In this document: piece by piece, positions 27,107-37,100 of the stretch
Layout: each line of letters starts with the position of its first letter
Position numbering within the stretch: position 1 is the first letter of the stretch
NCBI GenBank assembly: GCA_017483195.1
Contig: JAFULR010000016.1
Coordinates: 7,169 to 71,168 of the forward strand
Origin: Clostridia bacterium
GTDB lineage: Bacteria > Bacillota > Clostridia > Oscillospirales > CAG-272
Length of the DNA: 64,000 nt
Reading direction: 5' to 3'
Notes under the pieces: generated by a model
The model's input: the letters and a program-made list of their open reading frames with translations, nothing else
Database searches by the model: none
What the model was told of the DNA's origin: nothing
Position numbers and translations under genes: made by a program

Positions 27107-28969
27107 ATGAAAATAAAAAATACTACCGTCCTTAAATCGGTTGAAAAGCCCGGAAGATACAGCGCGGGCGAATTCGGACAGATAATCAAGGACAAAAAAG
27201 ATATAAAGGCGAGATGGGCATTCTGCTTTCCCGATACATATGAGATAGGAATGTCAAATCTCGGTGTGCGCATCCTTTACGGCGCGCTCAATTCCGAGCC
27301 GGATATCTGGTGCGAGAGAGCCTACGCTCCGTGGACGGATATGCAGGAACAAATGCGCAAGCACGGCATTCCTCTTACGGCTCACGAAAGCGGAGACCCT
27401 TTGCGTGAATTTGATATTATCGGTATCACGCTCCAATATGAGATGTGCTATACCACGACCTTGCAGATGCTCTCGCTTGCGGGAATACCGCTTTATGCAA
27501 AGGATAGGGGTGAGGATCTTCCGATAATCATAGGCGGAGGCCCCTGCGCTTATAACCCCGAGCCCATAGCGGATTTCTTTGACTGCTTCTCAATAGGTGA
27601 GGGCGAGGAAAATCTTGTTGAATTTACCCGTCTTTACATTGAGATGAAGGAGAACGGCACATACACAAAGAAGGACTTTTTACACAGAGCAGCCGCTGAG
27701 ATAGGCGGTATATACGTGCCGTCGCTCTATGACGTAAAATATAATGCCGACGGAACGATAGAGTCATATACGCCCGTCTGTGATGATGTTCCGAAGCGCG
27801 TGCTTAAGCGTATCATGACCGATATGGATAAGGCTTATTTTCCAAAGAAGGTGGTAATGCCCTATATCGAAACGGTACACGACCGCATTATGCTCGAGGT
27901 GTATCGCGGATGTATCAGAGGCTGCCGCTTCTGTCAGGCGGGAATGGTTTACCGCCCGGTAAGAGAAAAAACACCCGAGGTTCTTTGTGAGCAGGCGAAA
28001 TGCCTTTACGAAGCAACGGGATATGATGAGATCTCTCTGTCATCCCTTTCTATAAGCGATTATTCAAGGCTTTCCGAACTTACGGACGGATTGCTTGAGT
28101 GGACGGACGATAATATGGTAAGCCTTTCGCTTCCTTCACTCCGCGTTGATAGCTTTACAAAGGAGCTTATGGACAAGATTTCCACCGTAAGAGCCGGCTC
28201 GCTTACGTTTGCGCCCGAGGCGGGAAGTCAAAGGCTTCGCGACGTAATTAATAAAAACGTGTGTGAAGCGGATCTTCTTCGTGCGGTAAACGTGGGATTT
28301 GATGCTGGCAAGACCTCCTGCAAGCTCTACTTTATGATGGGCTTGCCCACCGAAACGTACGAGGACCTTGACGGTATTGCCGAGCTTGCAAAGGCGGTAA
28401 TTGAGGCTTATTATCAAAATCCCAACAGACAAAAGGGAAGAGCGCCGTCAGTAACGGTCAGCGTTTCCTGCTTTATTCCCAAGCCCTTCACTCCGTTCCA
28501 ATGGGAGGCTCAGGATTCTATGGAAACGTTCGTTGAAAAGCAGAAATATCTTGAAAGCAAGATAACGGACAGAAAGATCCGTTACGTCCACCACGACGCG
28601 CGCGTTTCACACGTTGAAGCAATTTTAGCTCGCGGTGACCGTCGTCTTGCTCCCGCACTCGCTCTTGCTTGCGAGAGAGGATTTTGCTTTGACGCGTGGG
28701 ATGAGTTCTTCCGCTATGACGAATGGATAAAGGTGTTTGACGATTGCGGAATAGATTATAATTTCTATTCAAACCGCGTTTGGGGAGAGGACGAGGTGCT
28801 TCCGTGGGACGTTATCGACTGCGGAGTTACCAAGGAATTCTTGAAGCGCGAGAGAAAGAACGCATATATCGAAAAGACAACGCCATCCTGCCGTGAGAAA
28901 TGCTCCGGCTGTGGCGTGAATAAGCTTGGAGGTGAGAGAACGTGGTGTCCGAAAAAGACAGAGGCTTAA
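27107..28969 (+). CDS. TIGR03960-type B12-binding radical SAM protein
   Basis: VEKPGRY, FPDTYEIGMSNLG, RGCIRGCRFCQAG, FAPEAGSQRLR, FIPKPFTPFQW. Confidence 0.93.
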   Translation: MKIKNTTVLKSVEKPGRYSAGEFGQIIKDKKDIKARWAFCFPDTYEIGMSNLGVRILYGALNSEPDIWCERAYAPWTDMQEQMRKHGIPLTAHESGDPLREFDIIGITLQYEMCYTTTLQMLSLAGIPLYAKDRGEDLPIIIGGGPCAYNPEPIADFFDCFSIGEGEENLVEFTRLYIEMKENGTYTKKDFLHRAAAEIGGIYVPSLYDVKYNADGTIESYTPVCDDVPKRVLKRIMTDMDKAYFPKKVVMPYIETVHDRIMLEVYRGCIRGCRFCQAGMVYRPVREKTPEVLCEQAKCLYEATGYDEISLSSLSISDYSRLSELTDGLLEWTDDNMVSLSLPSLRVDSFTKELMDKISTVRAGSLTFAPEAGSQRLRDVINKNVCEADLLRAVNVGFDAGKTSCKLYFMMGLPTETYEDLDGIAELAKAVIEAYYQNPNRQKGRAPSVTVSVSCFIPKPFTPFQWEAQDSMETFVEKQKYLESKITDRKIRYVHHDARVSHVEAILARGDRRLAPALALACERGFCFDAWDEFFRYDEWIKVFDDCGIDYNFYSNRVWGEDEVLPWDVIDCGVTKEFLKRERKNAYIEKTTPSCREKCSGCGVNKLGGERTWCPKKTEA

Positions 28970-29706
28970 AGCCCTATTCAAAAACAGACTATCCGATGCT
29001 CACCGAGCCAAAATTCATAAGATTTAAATTTCGCAAGGTAGGGGATCTGCAGTTTATCTCACACCGCGATCTTCTCAGCGTAATGACCAAGATATTTGTA
29101 AGGGCAAAGGCTCCCCTTTGGTATTCCAAGGGCTTCAATCCTCACGCAAAGCTTATATTTGCTCTCCCTCTTTCCGTGGGTGTACAGAGTGAATGTGAGT
29201 ATCTTGACGTAAGAGTTGAGAGGGCTATTCCACCTTCTGAGCTTATGGAGCATATAAATGCCGAGGTGACCGAGGAGCTTAGATTTATTGATGCGTATTA
29301 TCCCGAGACCGCTCTTGAGGATATATATTGGGCGGAGTATGATTTTGAGATCGGGACCGAGGGCGCCGATGAAAATATGGCAAGCGAGATCGAAGGATTG
29401 CTCACCGCAGAGCAGGTGATAATCCTCAAAAAAGCCAAGGACAAGCACGAAAAGATCTACTTTAAGGAGGTCGATATTGCGCCCTACGTTCGCGACGTGA
29501 GTGTGAAATTCGACGGTGGATTGATAAAAATAAACGCAAAACTTTCCGCATCCATAAATCAGACTCATCCGCATATCAATCCCGAAAATATCGTTACGAT
29601 GCTCAAGGACAAGCTCGGAATTTTGTCGGGCGACGTTATGCGTGAGCAGTATGATATAATAAGAACGAAAATTTATTTTGAGGACGGTAAAACGGACTTC
29701 AGATAA
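28942..29706 (+). CDS. Radical SAM-linked protein (TIGR03936/DUF2344)
   Basis: FISHRDL...YSKGFNPH...ALPLSVGVQS.CEY; overlaps the radical SAM gene. Confidence 0.9.
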   Translation: MVSEKDRGLKPYSKTDYPMLTEPKFIRFKFRKVGDLQFISHRDLLSVMTKIFVRAKAPLWYSKGFNPHAKLIFALPLSVGVQSECEYLDVRVERAIPPSELMEHINAEVTEELRFIDAYYPETALEDIYWAEYDFEIGTEGADENMASEIEGLLTAEQVIILKKAKDKHEKIYFKEVDIAPYVRDVSVKFDGGLIKINAKLSASINQTHPHINPENIVTMLKDKLGILSGDVMREQYDIIRTKIYFEDGKTDFR

Positions 29707-29718
29707 GGAGAATTAAAT

Positions 29719-30252
29719 ATGTATATCTGGGTTGGAATCAACGTTGAGGATCAGCTCGGAGAGGTAAGGCGTGCAGTTGACGGTGTGTTTGAAAAAATTG
29801 AAATATCAAACGTGACCTGTCAGCTGCCGCTTCACATTTCTCTGAAGATCTCATTTGAAATTGACAATTCATTGTTTGACAGTGTCCTTGCTGATATCAC
29901 GCGCGTTTACAATGCGTGCGAGCCATTTGATATAAAGGTGAAGGGAATTGAAAAGCACGAAAATATCGAGTGGATACGTATGTATTCAAACGAAAAGATA
30001 GAGGCGCTTGCCACCGAGCTTAATATGATGCTCCGCGAAAAATACGGCATTCCGCTTCACGAATATGACCTTGACTTTATTTTTCATACCACACTCTTTA
30101 TGGATGATGATCCGGAAAAGATAAACGCCGCGCACTCACTGCTTGGTAACGTCCACCTGCCCGATACCCTCGTTGCTAACACCTTTGTGATCGGTAACAG
30201 CGAAACCGGACAAAACGGAACGTATAGGGTGTATAAGACGGTTGGAGCGTGA
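29719..30252 (+). CDS. 2H phosphoesterase (2'-5' RNA ligase-like) family protein
   Basis: Two Hx(S/T) motifs, LHISL and FHTTL, about 85 aa apart. Confidence 0.75.
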   Translation: MYIWVGINVEDQLGEVRRAVDGVFEKIEISNVTCQLPLHISLKISFEIDNSLFDSVLADITRVYNACEPFDIKVKGIEKHENIEWIRMYSNEKIEALATELNMMLREKYGIPLHEYDLDFIFHTTLFMDDDPEKINAAHSLLGNVHLPDTLVANTFVIGNSETGQNGTYRVYKTVGA

Positions 30253-30253
30253 T

Positions 30254-30817
30254 ATGGAAAATGATTTTGTAAAAAGAAAAGCTTTGAGATTAAAAAACTA
30301 CAATTACAGTTCCCAAGGCGCATATTTTGTAACAATATGTTCAAAAAACAAAGAACATCTTTTTTCAACAATTGATTATTCGATATTTGATAAATATGAA
30401 ATCTTGTGTTCTTCAATTGTAGGGGACGGCGCCTTCGACGTCCCGCAACCGTTTTTGACATCGAGCGGTAAAATTGTCGAAAAATATTTGCTATCAAGCG
30501 AAAATATACCCGGAGTAACGATTGGCGAATACATAATTATGCCAAATCATATACATTTTATAGCATTTTTGGATCCTGATAAATATCAACATGGAAAATA
30601 CGGGACGTCGAAGGCGCCGTCCCCTACGAATGAAATGTTGCCACACTTGGTATCTACTTTTAAGCGGTTTGTAAACAAAGAAATCGGAGAGAATGTTTTT
30701 CAAAGGTCATATATCGAGCATGTTATTCGAGATGTTGATGATTACAATACGAAAAGAAAATATATTTATGAAAATCCTATGCGATGGTACTATAAGAATA
30801 TACAGGAGGAGAAATAA
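30254..30817 (+). mobile_element. REP-associated tyrosine (HUH/Y1) transposase, RAYT-like
   Basis: RLKNYNYS..GAYFVTIC, HUH motif IMPNHIH, FQRSY.EHVIR, catalytic YIYENP; GTAG-footed REPs inside the gene and elsewhere in the window. Confidence 0.88.
30419..30627. repeat. Inverted pair of 27-bp GTAG REPs inside the RAYT CDS
   Basis: GTAGGGGACGGCGCCTTCGACGTCCCG (30419-30445) and its exact reverse complement (30601-30627). Confidence 0.9.
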
Positions 30818-31179
30818 TGTCAAAAAAGAAACACAGCAGATCAGAGTTTTTATTGCCTGAAAATGCCGATTATTATTTTAATCCGGATTCTGACGATGCT
30901 TTCAAAAGAAAGCACCCTGTTGGATATGTTTTTCTTGTTGTCTTAGGATTGATTGCTTTGATTACGCCTATGATTGTATACGGTGTTTATGTTATTGCAA
31001 ATTACGGAAATGATGCGAACTTATGGTTTTTATTGGGGCTTTTCGGTTCTCTTTCTATAGGGGTTTGCTTTTTTAATTTTGTATCCATAATTATTAAACA
31101 ATATCTCGGGCATTTGGTTTCAATTATTTCTTTCCTTTTTGGAATGATATTGATATTGATTAGTCTATCGCTAATGTAA
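30817..31179 (+). CDS. Hypothetical membrane protein (3 TM)
   Basis: RBS GGAGG, coupled to the upstream stop, hydrophobic segments. Confidence 0.7.
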   Translation: MSKKKHSRSEFLLPENADYYFNPDSDDAFKRKHPVGYVFLVVLGLIALITPMIVYGVYVIANYGNDANLWFLLGLFGSLSIGVCFFNFVSIIIKQYLGHLVSIISFLFGMILILISLSLM

Positions 31180-31218
31180 TTTATACATTTTAGAATATAG
31201 TAAAAAACAGAGGTTTTT

Positions 31219-31704
31219 ATGAAAATCATTGACAAAACTGTATTCATCGCCGACGGCGCGCGTGTTCTCGGTGATGTTGAAATAGGAAAAAACTCAAGTG
31301 TTTGGTTCAACGCGGTTATCAGAGCGGATCTTTCGGATATCAAAATCGGTGAAGGATCCAATATTCAGGACAACGCGGTGATACACACGAGTAAGGATTT
31401 TGGCGTGTGCATCGGTGATAACGTGACCGTCGGTCACGGAGCAATAGTTCACGGTTGTACTGTTAAAAATAACGTGATGATAGGAATGGGCGCGATCGTA
31501 TTAAACGGCGCAATTATTGAGGAAAACTGTATCATAGGCGCGGGCGCACTCGTTACGCAAGGAAAAGTTATACCTGCTGGCAGCCTCGTTTTTGGTAACC
31601 CTGCAAAGGTCGTTCGAAGCCTTACCGATTCGGAGATAAGGTCCATAACCGATAACGCAGCTTCATACGTTGAGGAAGCCGAACACTATAAAAACAACAA
31701 ATAA
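31219..31704 (+). CDS. Gamma carbonic anhydrase family (hexapeptide repeat) protein
   Basis: GDVEIG..SSVWFNAVIRAD, NIQDNAVIH, TVGHGAIVHGC. Confidence 0.92.
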   Translation: MKIIDKTVFIADGARVLGDVEIGKNSSVWFNAVIRADLSDIKIGEGSNIQDNAVIHTSKDFGVCIGDNVTVGHGAIVHGCTVKNNVMIGMGAIVLNGAIIEENCIIGAGALVTQGKVIPAGSLVFGNPAKVVRSLTDSEIRSITDNAASYVEEAEHYKNNK

Positions 31705-31705
31705 T

Positions 31706-31739
31706 AAAAAATCTCACCACGGAAGGGTGAGATTTTTTT
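31706..31739. terminator. Bidirectional terminator between the gamma-CA gene and switch 1
   Basis: AAAAA-ATCTCACC-acggaag-GGTGAGAT-TTTTTT. Confidence 0.8.
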
Positions 31740-31820
31740 CATATTAATAAAGTAAAATGCATTGATTTGAAGCATAACAGCTCATCTCAATGCATTATTT
31801 TTATATAATTTTCGAAAAAA

Positions 31821-32008
31821 GTTCATACTTTACGTTATTGTATGAACCTTTTTAACGTGCGTATTATAACATAAAAATCAAGTTTTGTCAACATATGTTG
31901 AGAATTGTTAGCATAATATACAATTTTTATTTTTCAAAAGGCTCTAAAATACAGCAAGTTGCATATTGTATGGATAAAATGGTTCATACAATAACGTATT
32001 ATATGAAC
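31821..32008 (-). promoter_or_regulatory. Candidate invertible promoter (switch 1), OFF orientation
   Basis: Sites GTTCATACTT-TACGTTA-TTGTATGAAC (31821-31847) and GTTCATACAA-TAACGTA-TTATATGAAC (31982-32008) have reverse-complementary cores; between them is a minus-strand TTGACA(31891-31886)-17 bp-TATAAT(31868-31863). Confidence 0.8.
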
Positions 32009-32057
32009 CATTACCACTTTTGGCTTTAAGGAGAGCGTTATTTCGAGCGAGGTAGTT

Positions 32058-32972
32058 ATGGGAACGGTAGTTACAACGTTGGCACAATGGTTTAAAGAAA
32101 ACCCAAAAATAGCTTCCGAGTGGGATAGCGCATCCAACACGCACCTTGATCCCGAAATTAACGGAATGGGCGTCAATCAAAAGGCATGGTGGATCTGCCC
32201 CAAGGGACACCGCTACGATGCGTGGGTATTTTCTCGCACTCTTAACGGCATGGGCTGTCCATACTGCAAGGGAAAAAGAACCTTAGCGGGCTTCAACGAT
32301 CTCGCCACCTTCCGCCCCGACGTTTTAGAAAAATGGGATTTTGAAAAAAATACTGATATCACACCTGCCGAAGTGACAGAATTTTCGCACAAAAAGGTCT
32401 GGTGGAAGTGCGAGAAGGGCCACTCTTGGCAAGCGCGAGTCGGAGCGATAACGAGCGTCAAGGAGGGCTTTTCGGGCTGTCCGTACTGCTCGGGAAAATA
32501 CGCTATCACGGGCGAAACGGATCTCGCAACGCGTTTTCCGGAGATCGCGGCGCAGTGGTGCTACGAGTTAAACGAGGAAACGCCTGACAAAGTGAGTTAC
32601 CAATCGCACAAATCGGTCTTTTGGAAATGCGAACGCGGCCACACCTGGCAGGCAAAGGTCGAATCACGAACGGGCAAACAAAAATCGGGTTGTCCCTATT
32701 GTTCGGGCTATCGACTTTGGACAGGGTACAATGACCTCGCAACGATGCGCCCAGACATAGCCGCAGAATGGAACCACGAGAAAAACGGTGATCTTAAGCC
32801 CACGGACGTATTAAGAAACTGCCGCGAACGCGTTTGGTGGAAATGCGCCGAGGGGCACGAGTGGCAAACGACAGTTCTTGCCCGCGCAAAGAAAAACGGA
32901 ACAAATTGCCCCATCTGCTCACGAAAGAAAAAGCCTTCCCCTGAGGGTAGCGAAGCGGCACGAGCGCAATGA
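32058..32972 (+). CDS. Zinc-ribbon repeat protein (DUF4379-like, 4 repeats)
   Basis: Four units of about 70 aa: (P)EIAAEW..EKN...P..V......VWWKC..GH.W...V..R.....CPxC. Confidence 0.85.
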   Translation: MGTVVTTLAQWFKENPKIASEWDSASNTHLDPEINGMGVNQKAWWICPKGHRYDAWVFSRTLNGMGCPYCKGKRTLAGFNDLATFRPDVLEKWDFEKNTDITPAEVTEFSHKKVWWKCEKGHSWQARVGAITSVKEGFSGCPYCSGKYAITGETDLATRFPEIAAQWCYELNEETPDKVSYQSHKSVFWKCERGHTWQAKVESRTGKQKSGCPYCSGYRLWTGYNDLATMRPDIAAEWNHEKNGDLKPTDVLRNCRERVWWKCAEGHEWQTTVLARAKKNGTNCPICSRKKKPSPEGSEAARAQ

Positions 32973-33074
32973 ATAACAGTCCAGTGGACTGTTAGAACGC
33001 GAGTGGACCGAGCCCACGCGGACCCCCAAAACTCGACTGCGCTCGTTTCGGGGAACCCCTACCGCAGGCGAGAC
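32946..33074. repeat. About 80-bp MITE-like element with a nested 48-bp insertion
   Basis: GGTAGCGAAGCGGCACGAGCGCAATGAATAACAGTC...GACTGTTAGAACGCGAGTGGACCGAGCCC[insert]GCAGGCGAGAC; other copies at 41656-41736 (reverse complement) and 42327-42407. Confidence 0.85.
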
Positions 33075-33432
33075 AAGGGGGCGAACACATAGCTAAATTC
33101 AGGTCAAAACACGGTTTTGCTCGCAAAACTTTGTCGTAAGACAAAGAGTGTTTTGATAGGCGCGCAAACCATACTCTCGATAACCGTTAAATTTCACGCG
33201 CGGCGTATGAGGGGAGCGAAATCCGCACGAATCAAGGTCAATAATCTAAACGTAACACGCGACCTTACAGGCACGTTTACATAAGCAAAAACAAAAATCC
33301 CGCGCAGTTTTTCGACCGCGTGCCCGACGCGTAAGCGTCATCCTCGAGCGAAAGCGAAGGATCTTGGGCGCGCATGCGAAAATCCGGCGCGGAGAACAAC
33401 AAATTTTTAAAAACATTACGGAGGTTATAGTT

Positions 33433-34044
33433 TTGTTTAACAGAAGAAACAAATTAATAGTTGTTGTAATTGCGGTTGTATTGATTGCAATTGCGGTGGT
33501 TGCTGCTGTTGTGCTTGTTAATGATACAAACAACAAAAAGGCAATTGGCATTGAAATAGTAACTGCACCTGTGGATCTTGAGTACTATAAGTACGATACT
33601 CTTGACCTTACGGGTTTGTCTGTAAAGCTCAGAAAGAACAATGCTCAGTATGACGAGATGATCGATGTTTCAAGGCTAACGGTTACTGGCTTTGACAGCA
33701 CGGTAGTTACCGAGAGACAGACGGTTACAGTTTCCTATGAGGGATTTACCGCAACGTTCGCAGTTAAGATTGAGGAGCTTCCCGCACCGAAGCCTGCGGT
33801 TGTTGGACTTAAACTCGAAATGGACGAGGGATATGAATTAAAGACAGAATACAAGGTTGGAGAAGCATTGGATCTGTCCCATATGTATTTGGTGGTTACT
33901 TATTCTGATGGAACGACTGCAAGAATCTCTGTAACACTTGATCATGTTTCAGGATTTGATAGTCGCAGACCTGCAACGGAGCAGAGAATTAAGGTATCCT
34001 ACGGAGGCTTGTTTACAAAATATTATGTAAACATCGTGGAATAA
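33433..34044 (+). CDS. Membrane-anchored protein with two bacterial Ig-like (Big_3-type) domains
   Basis: TTG start after GGAGG; N-terminal TM helix; two repeats of EY..G..LDL.G/H..........V.GFDS......Q.V.VSY.G. Confidence 0.8.
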   Translation: MFNRRNKLIVVVIAVVLIAIAVVAAVVLVNDTNNKKAIGIEIVTAPVDLEYYKYDTLDLTGLSVKLRKNNAQYDEMIDVSRLTVTGFDSTVVTERQTVTVSYEGFTATFAVKIEELPAPKPAVVGLKLEMDEGYELKTEYKVGEALDLSHMYLVVTYSDGTTARISVTLDHVSGFDSRRPATEQRIKVSYGGLFTKYYVNIVE

Positions 34045-34136
34045 AAATAAATTACAGAAGTCAGTAAACCGTGGCCGTGAAAACGACACGATTACATAAA
34101 TTAATTAGTTAATAAACATTACGGAGGAAAAAAGTA

Positions 34137-37100
34137 ATGAGAAACAACAAACAGAAGGGTTTCACCCTTGTTGAGTTGCTGGTCGTTATCGCGATTTTAG
34201 CGATACTTGCGACTGTTGCGACTGTTGGATACACTGCTTTTATTAAGCAGGCGCACGTATCTAACGATGAGAACGTAGCAACACAGCTCAACCATTTTAC
34301 GGATGCGCTTAAAGCGGATTCGAATAGCCCAGTCTACGAAAAATTGCAGGCGAACGGCGGCAAGATAACCGTAGACAATGTTCGTGATATTACTGACTAC
34401 ATTCTCACAGATAGCGGACTTGGTACTCTCGTTCCTCAGTCTGCAGATTATGGATATCACTTCTATTTCGACCTTGATGCACAGGAATACGTGCTTATCG
34501 GCGACGACGATCCCAGAATGTTGTCTATGTCTCCTCTTGGCAGACTTTTTGCAGGTGCGGCTGAGTACTCACTCACAATACACCCCGAGCAGTGCCTCAC
34601 CAAGGATAGCAGATACTTCCTTGTTGAAACAGGAACAGAGCTTGCTCGTCTTGTAGCTGAATTCAAGGAAATTTCCGACAAAGACAAATTGAGCGCATAC
34701 CACACATCCGTTTCTACTTATGAAACAGATGCTAGAGGTAAGCTCGTAGGTCTTATCGCATTGGTTGAAAGAACTGTTTTCACAACTAATGTAGGACATT
34801 TGGTTGTTGATACTACAAAGAATCACGATCACTTGTTTGTTCAGAAGGATTTGGTAGTTTCTAATAAAAATAACCACGAAATTACAGGTCTTGACGGCGT
34901 TACTGTTATCGACAAAACACATCCTTTGGTAGCTTTGCAGAGTGAACAGGTTATTGAAATCAGCATCAAGGATGACGTTACTCTTGCAACTCATTCTTGG
35001 TGGTTTGCAAACCCCGAGAAGGCTACTCTTGTAATTAAGGGTATTGCAGATCCTGCAACGCTTGCTACAAGAGTTGACATTGACTTTACAAATGCTAAAT
35101 TCATCCTTGATGATGGTAAGACTTATACATATAAGAATGGCTCCATTATGGATGCTGACGGAAATTCTACACCCGTAGAAGGAAAGAACAAGGTAAAGGA
35201 TTTCACTGTTACTTGTGACGGTGTGGAAGCAGGCGTAGTTGCATTCGGTAACTCCGGTAACAATACATACAGCTTGTACATCCATTACAACAAAACAGAA
35301 GCCTTCAACTTGGGCGCTACAGGATTCAAGGGCACAGTTTCTGATGTAAACATTTCCGGTACAGATGATGTCAAATTCGAGAAAATCTCCGGTTCTTCTA
35401 AATTGACAGTAACTGAAGACGGTAAGGTTCAGGTAACAGGTTACCCTGAAACAAATGACCTTACAGCAAAAATCAAAGTAACATGTGGCGTAGCTGAGCC
35501 TAAGACAATTGATGTTACTATTGTAAGAGTAACCAACGCTTCCGTTCCTTTCAATGGTAGCACATTGACTATGAGCGATAACAATAATACATTGACAATC
35601 AGCTACACAGGAAACAAGGTATTTACATTTGGTACTGCTTCTTTTGCAGACAACTCCTCCAATACAGGTATAAATATTGTAGCTGCAGACAAACAAGTGA
35701 CAATTACTCATGGTGCAGGTGACGTATTTACTATCAGCGACAATAAAACACTCACACTTAACAAGTTTGAGGGCACACAGACTTTCACAATTACAGTTGG
35801 TAAGATGAGCAAGACATTTACTGTAACTGTAGAAGACAACTCTAAGAATCCCTTTGACATTAAGTGGGATACCGATAAAGACGCAGGTATTAAGTACACA
35901 ACAAGCGGTGAAGGCGAGAATGCAGTAAAGATCCCCTCTTTCCTCTACCGTGTTGGTAACGATAATGCGATTACACTCGGCACTCTCTTCAATACTATAG
36001 AAGAGTTTAGCGGAAATGCAACACTTACTATTTACGATGCTTCTCAGAAGTCAGGAACCACTTATAAAGAAATCAATACTTCCAACCCCAATTTGAACGC
36101 ATCCTACGATGATGCTAAGACACTTTCTTACTCTGATTGGGCAAGCAAGAAAATCACTTTTAAGGGTGAAGGCGTAGCTATTATCGAAATTACTTACAAC
36201 AAGCAGACTGTTAAGGTTGCTGTTGAGGTTGTTGATGGTTACAATGTGTTGACATATGGTGATCTCTCTGCTAAGAATGCAAGCAATCAGACATACAAGA
36301 ACTTTGTTCTTCAAAATGATATTGAAATGCCCTCTGAGGGAGCTTTGAATTTGCAAGGCAATTTCTTTGGCAATGGATATACATTTGATATTACAAAGGG
36401 CAAGTACCACTATACCGAGGGTGGTCGCAATGGTATTATTACACTTTACGGTGGCGCACTTATGGATAACGTTGTAATTATCGGTGATAAGTACACAACA
36501 ATTTGTGACGCACATAAAAATGCTTATTATGTAGCTGCAATTGGTTTGGAGGGCGGTATACTCTCTAACTCCTATGTTTATGGCTGTCAGACACCCGTAC
36601 GTTCTACAGGTGGCAAGATCATCAATACCGTTCTTGATGGTGGCAGATTCGCAAACTTGATTTGTAAGGGTGGTAAAACAACTGTTGAAGACATCACAAC
36701 AATCAATCAAGCTACTGACAAATACTGTGGTTTGGGTATTGTAGTTGAGGGAGGTGCAACCTTGAATGTAGATGGTTCACTTACACAGCACAACTGGATT
36801 TCTTCAAGCGACAAAGCATTGATCACTGACAATACCATATCCACATTTTTTGATTTGATGTTTGGTATCAGTGAAATTAAATTCAATCATAGCAACGACT
36901 CTTGGGTTAACACAGGTATATTCCTTAAGGATGCGACAGCTATTGTAATTAATGCTCCTTCCAATTATATTAAAGTTGCAAAATCTTATTCTTCCATGGG
37001 TATTACCGCTACAGGTTACGCATACAGCTTCAATAATAGTGTATATAGCTTTACAGGCAAAGTAACTCCCAATGCGTATACTCCCGTAACACAGGGCGCT

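Noticed and set aside
30254-30817. RAYT as an IS200/IS605 element or as the invertase for the switches
   Set aside because: No tnpB or IS ends are visible, and HUH enzymes act on ssDNA hairpins rather than arm-core-arm duplex sites
33364-33432. N-terminal extensions given by the ORF track (also at 294, 8730, 13024, 38674, 40463, 57412 and others)
   Set aside because: Downstream starts have better RBS and fit the family lengths; several of the extensions run through repeats, hairpins or promoters
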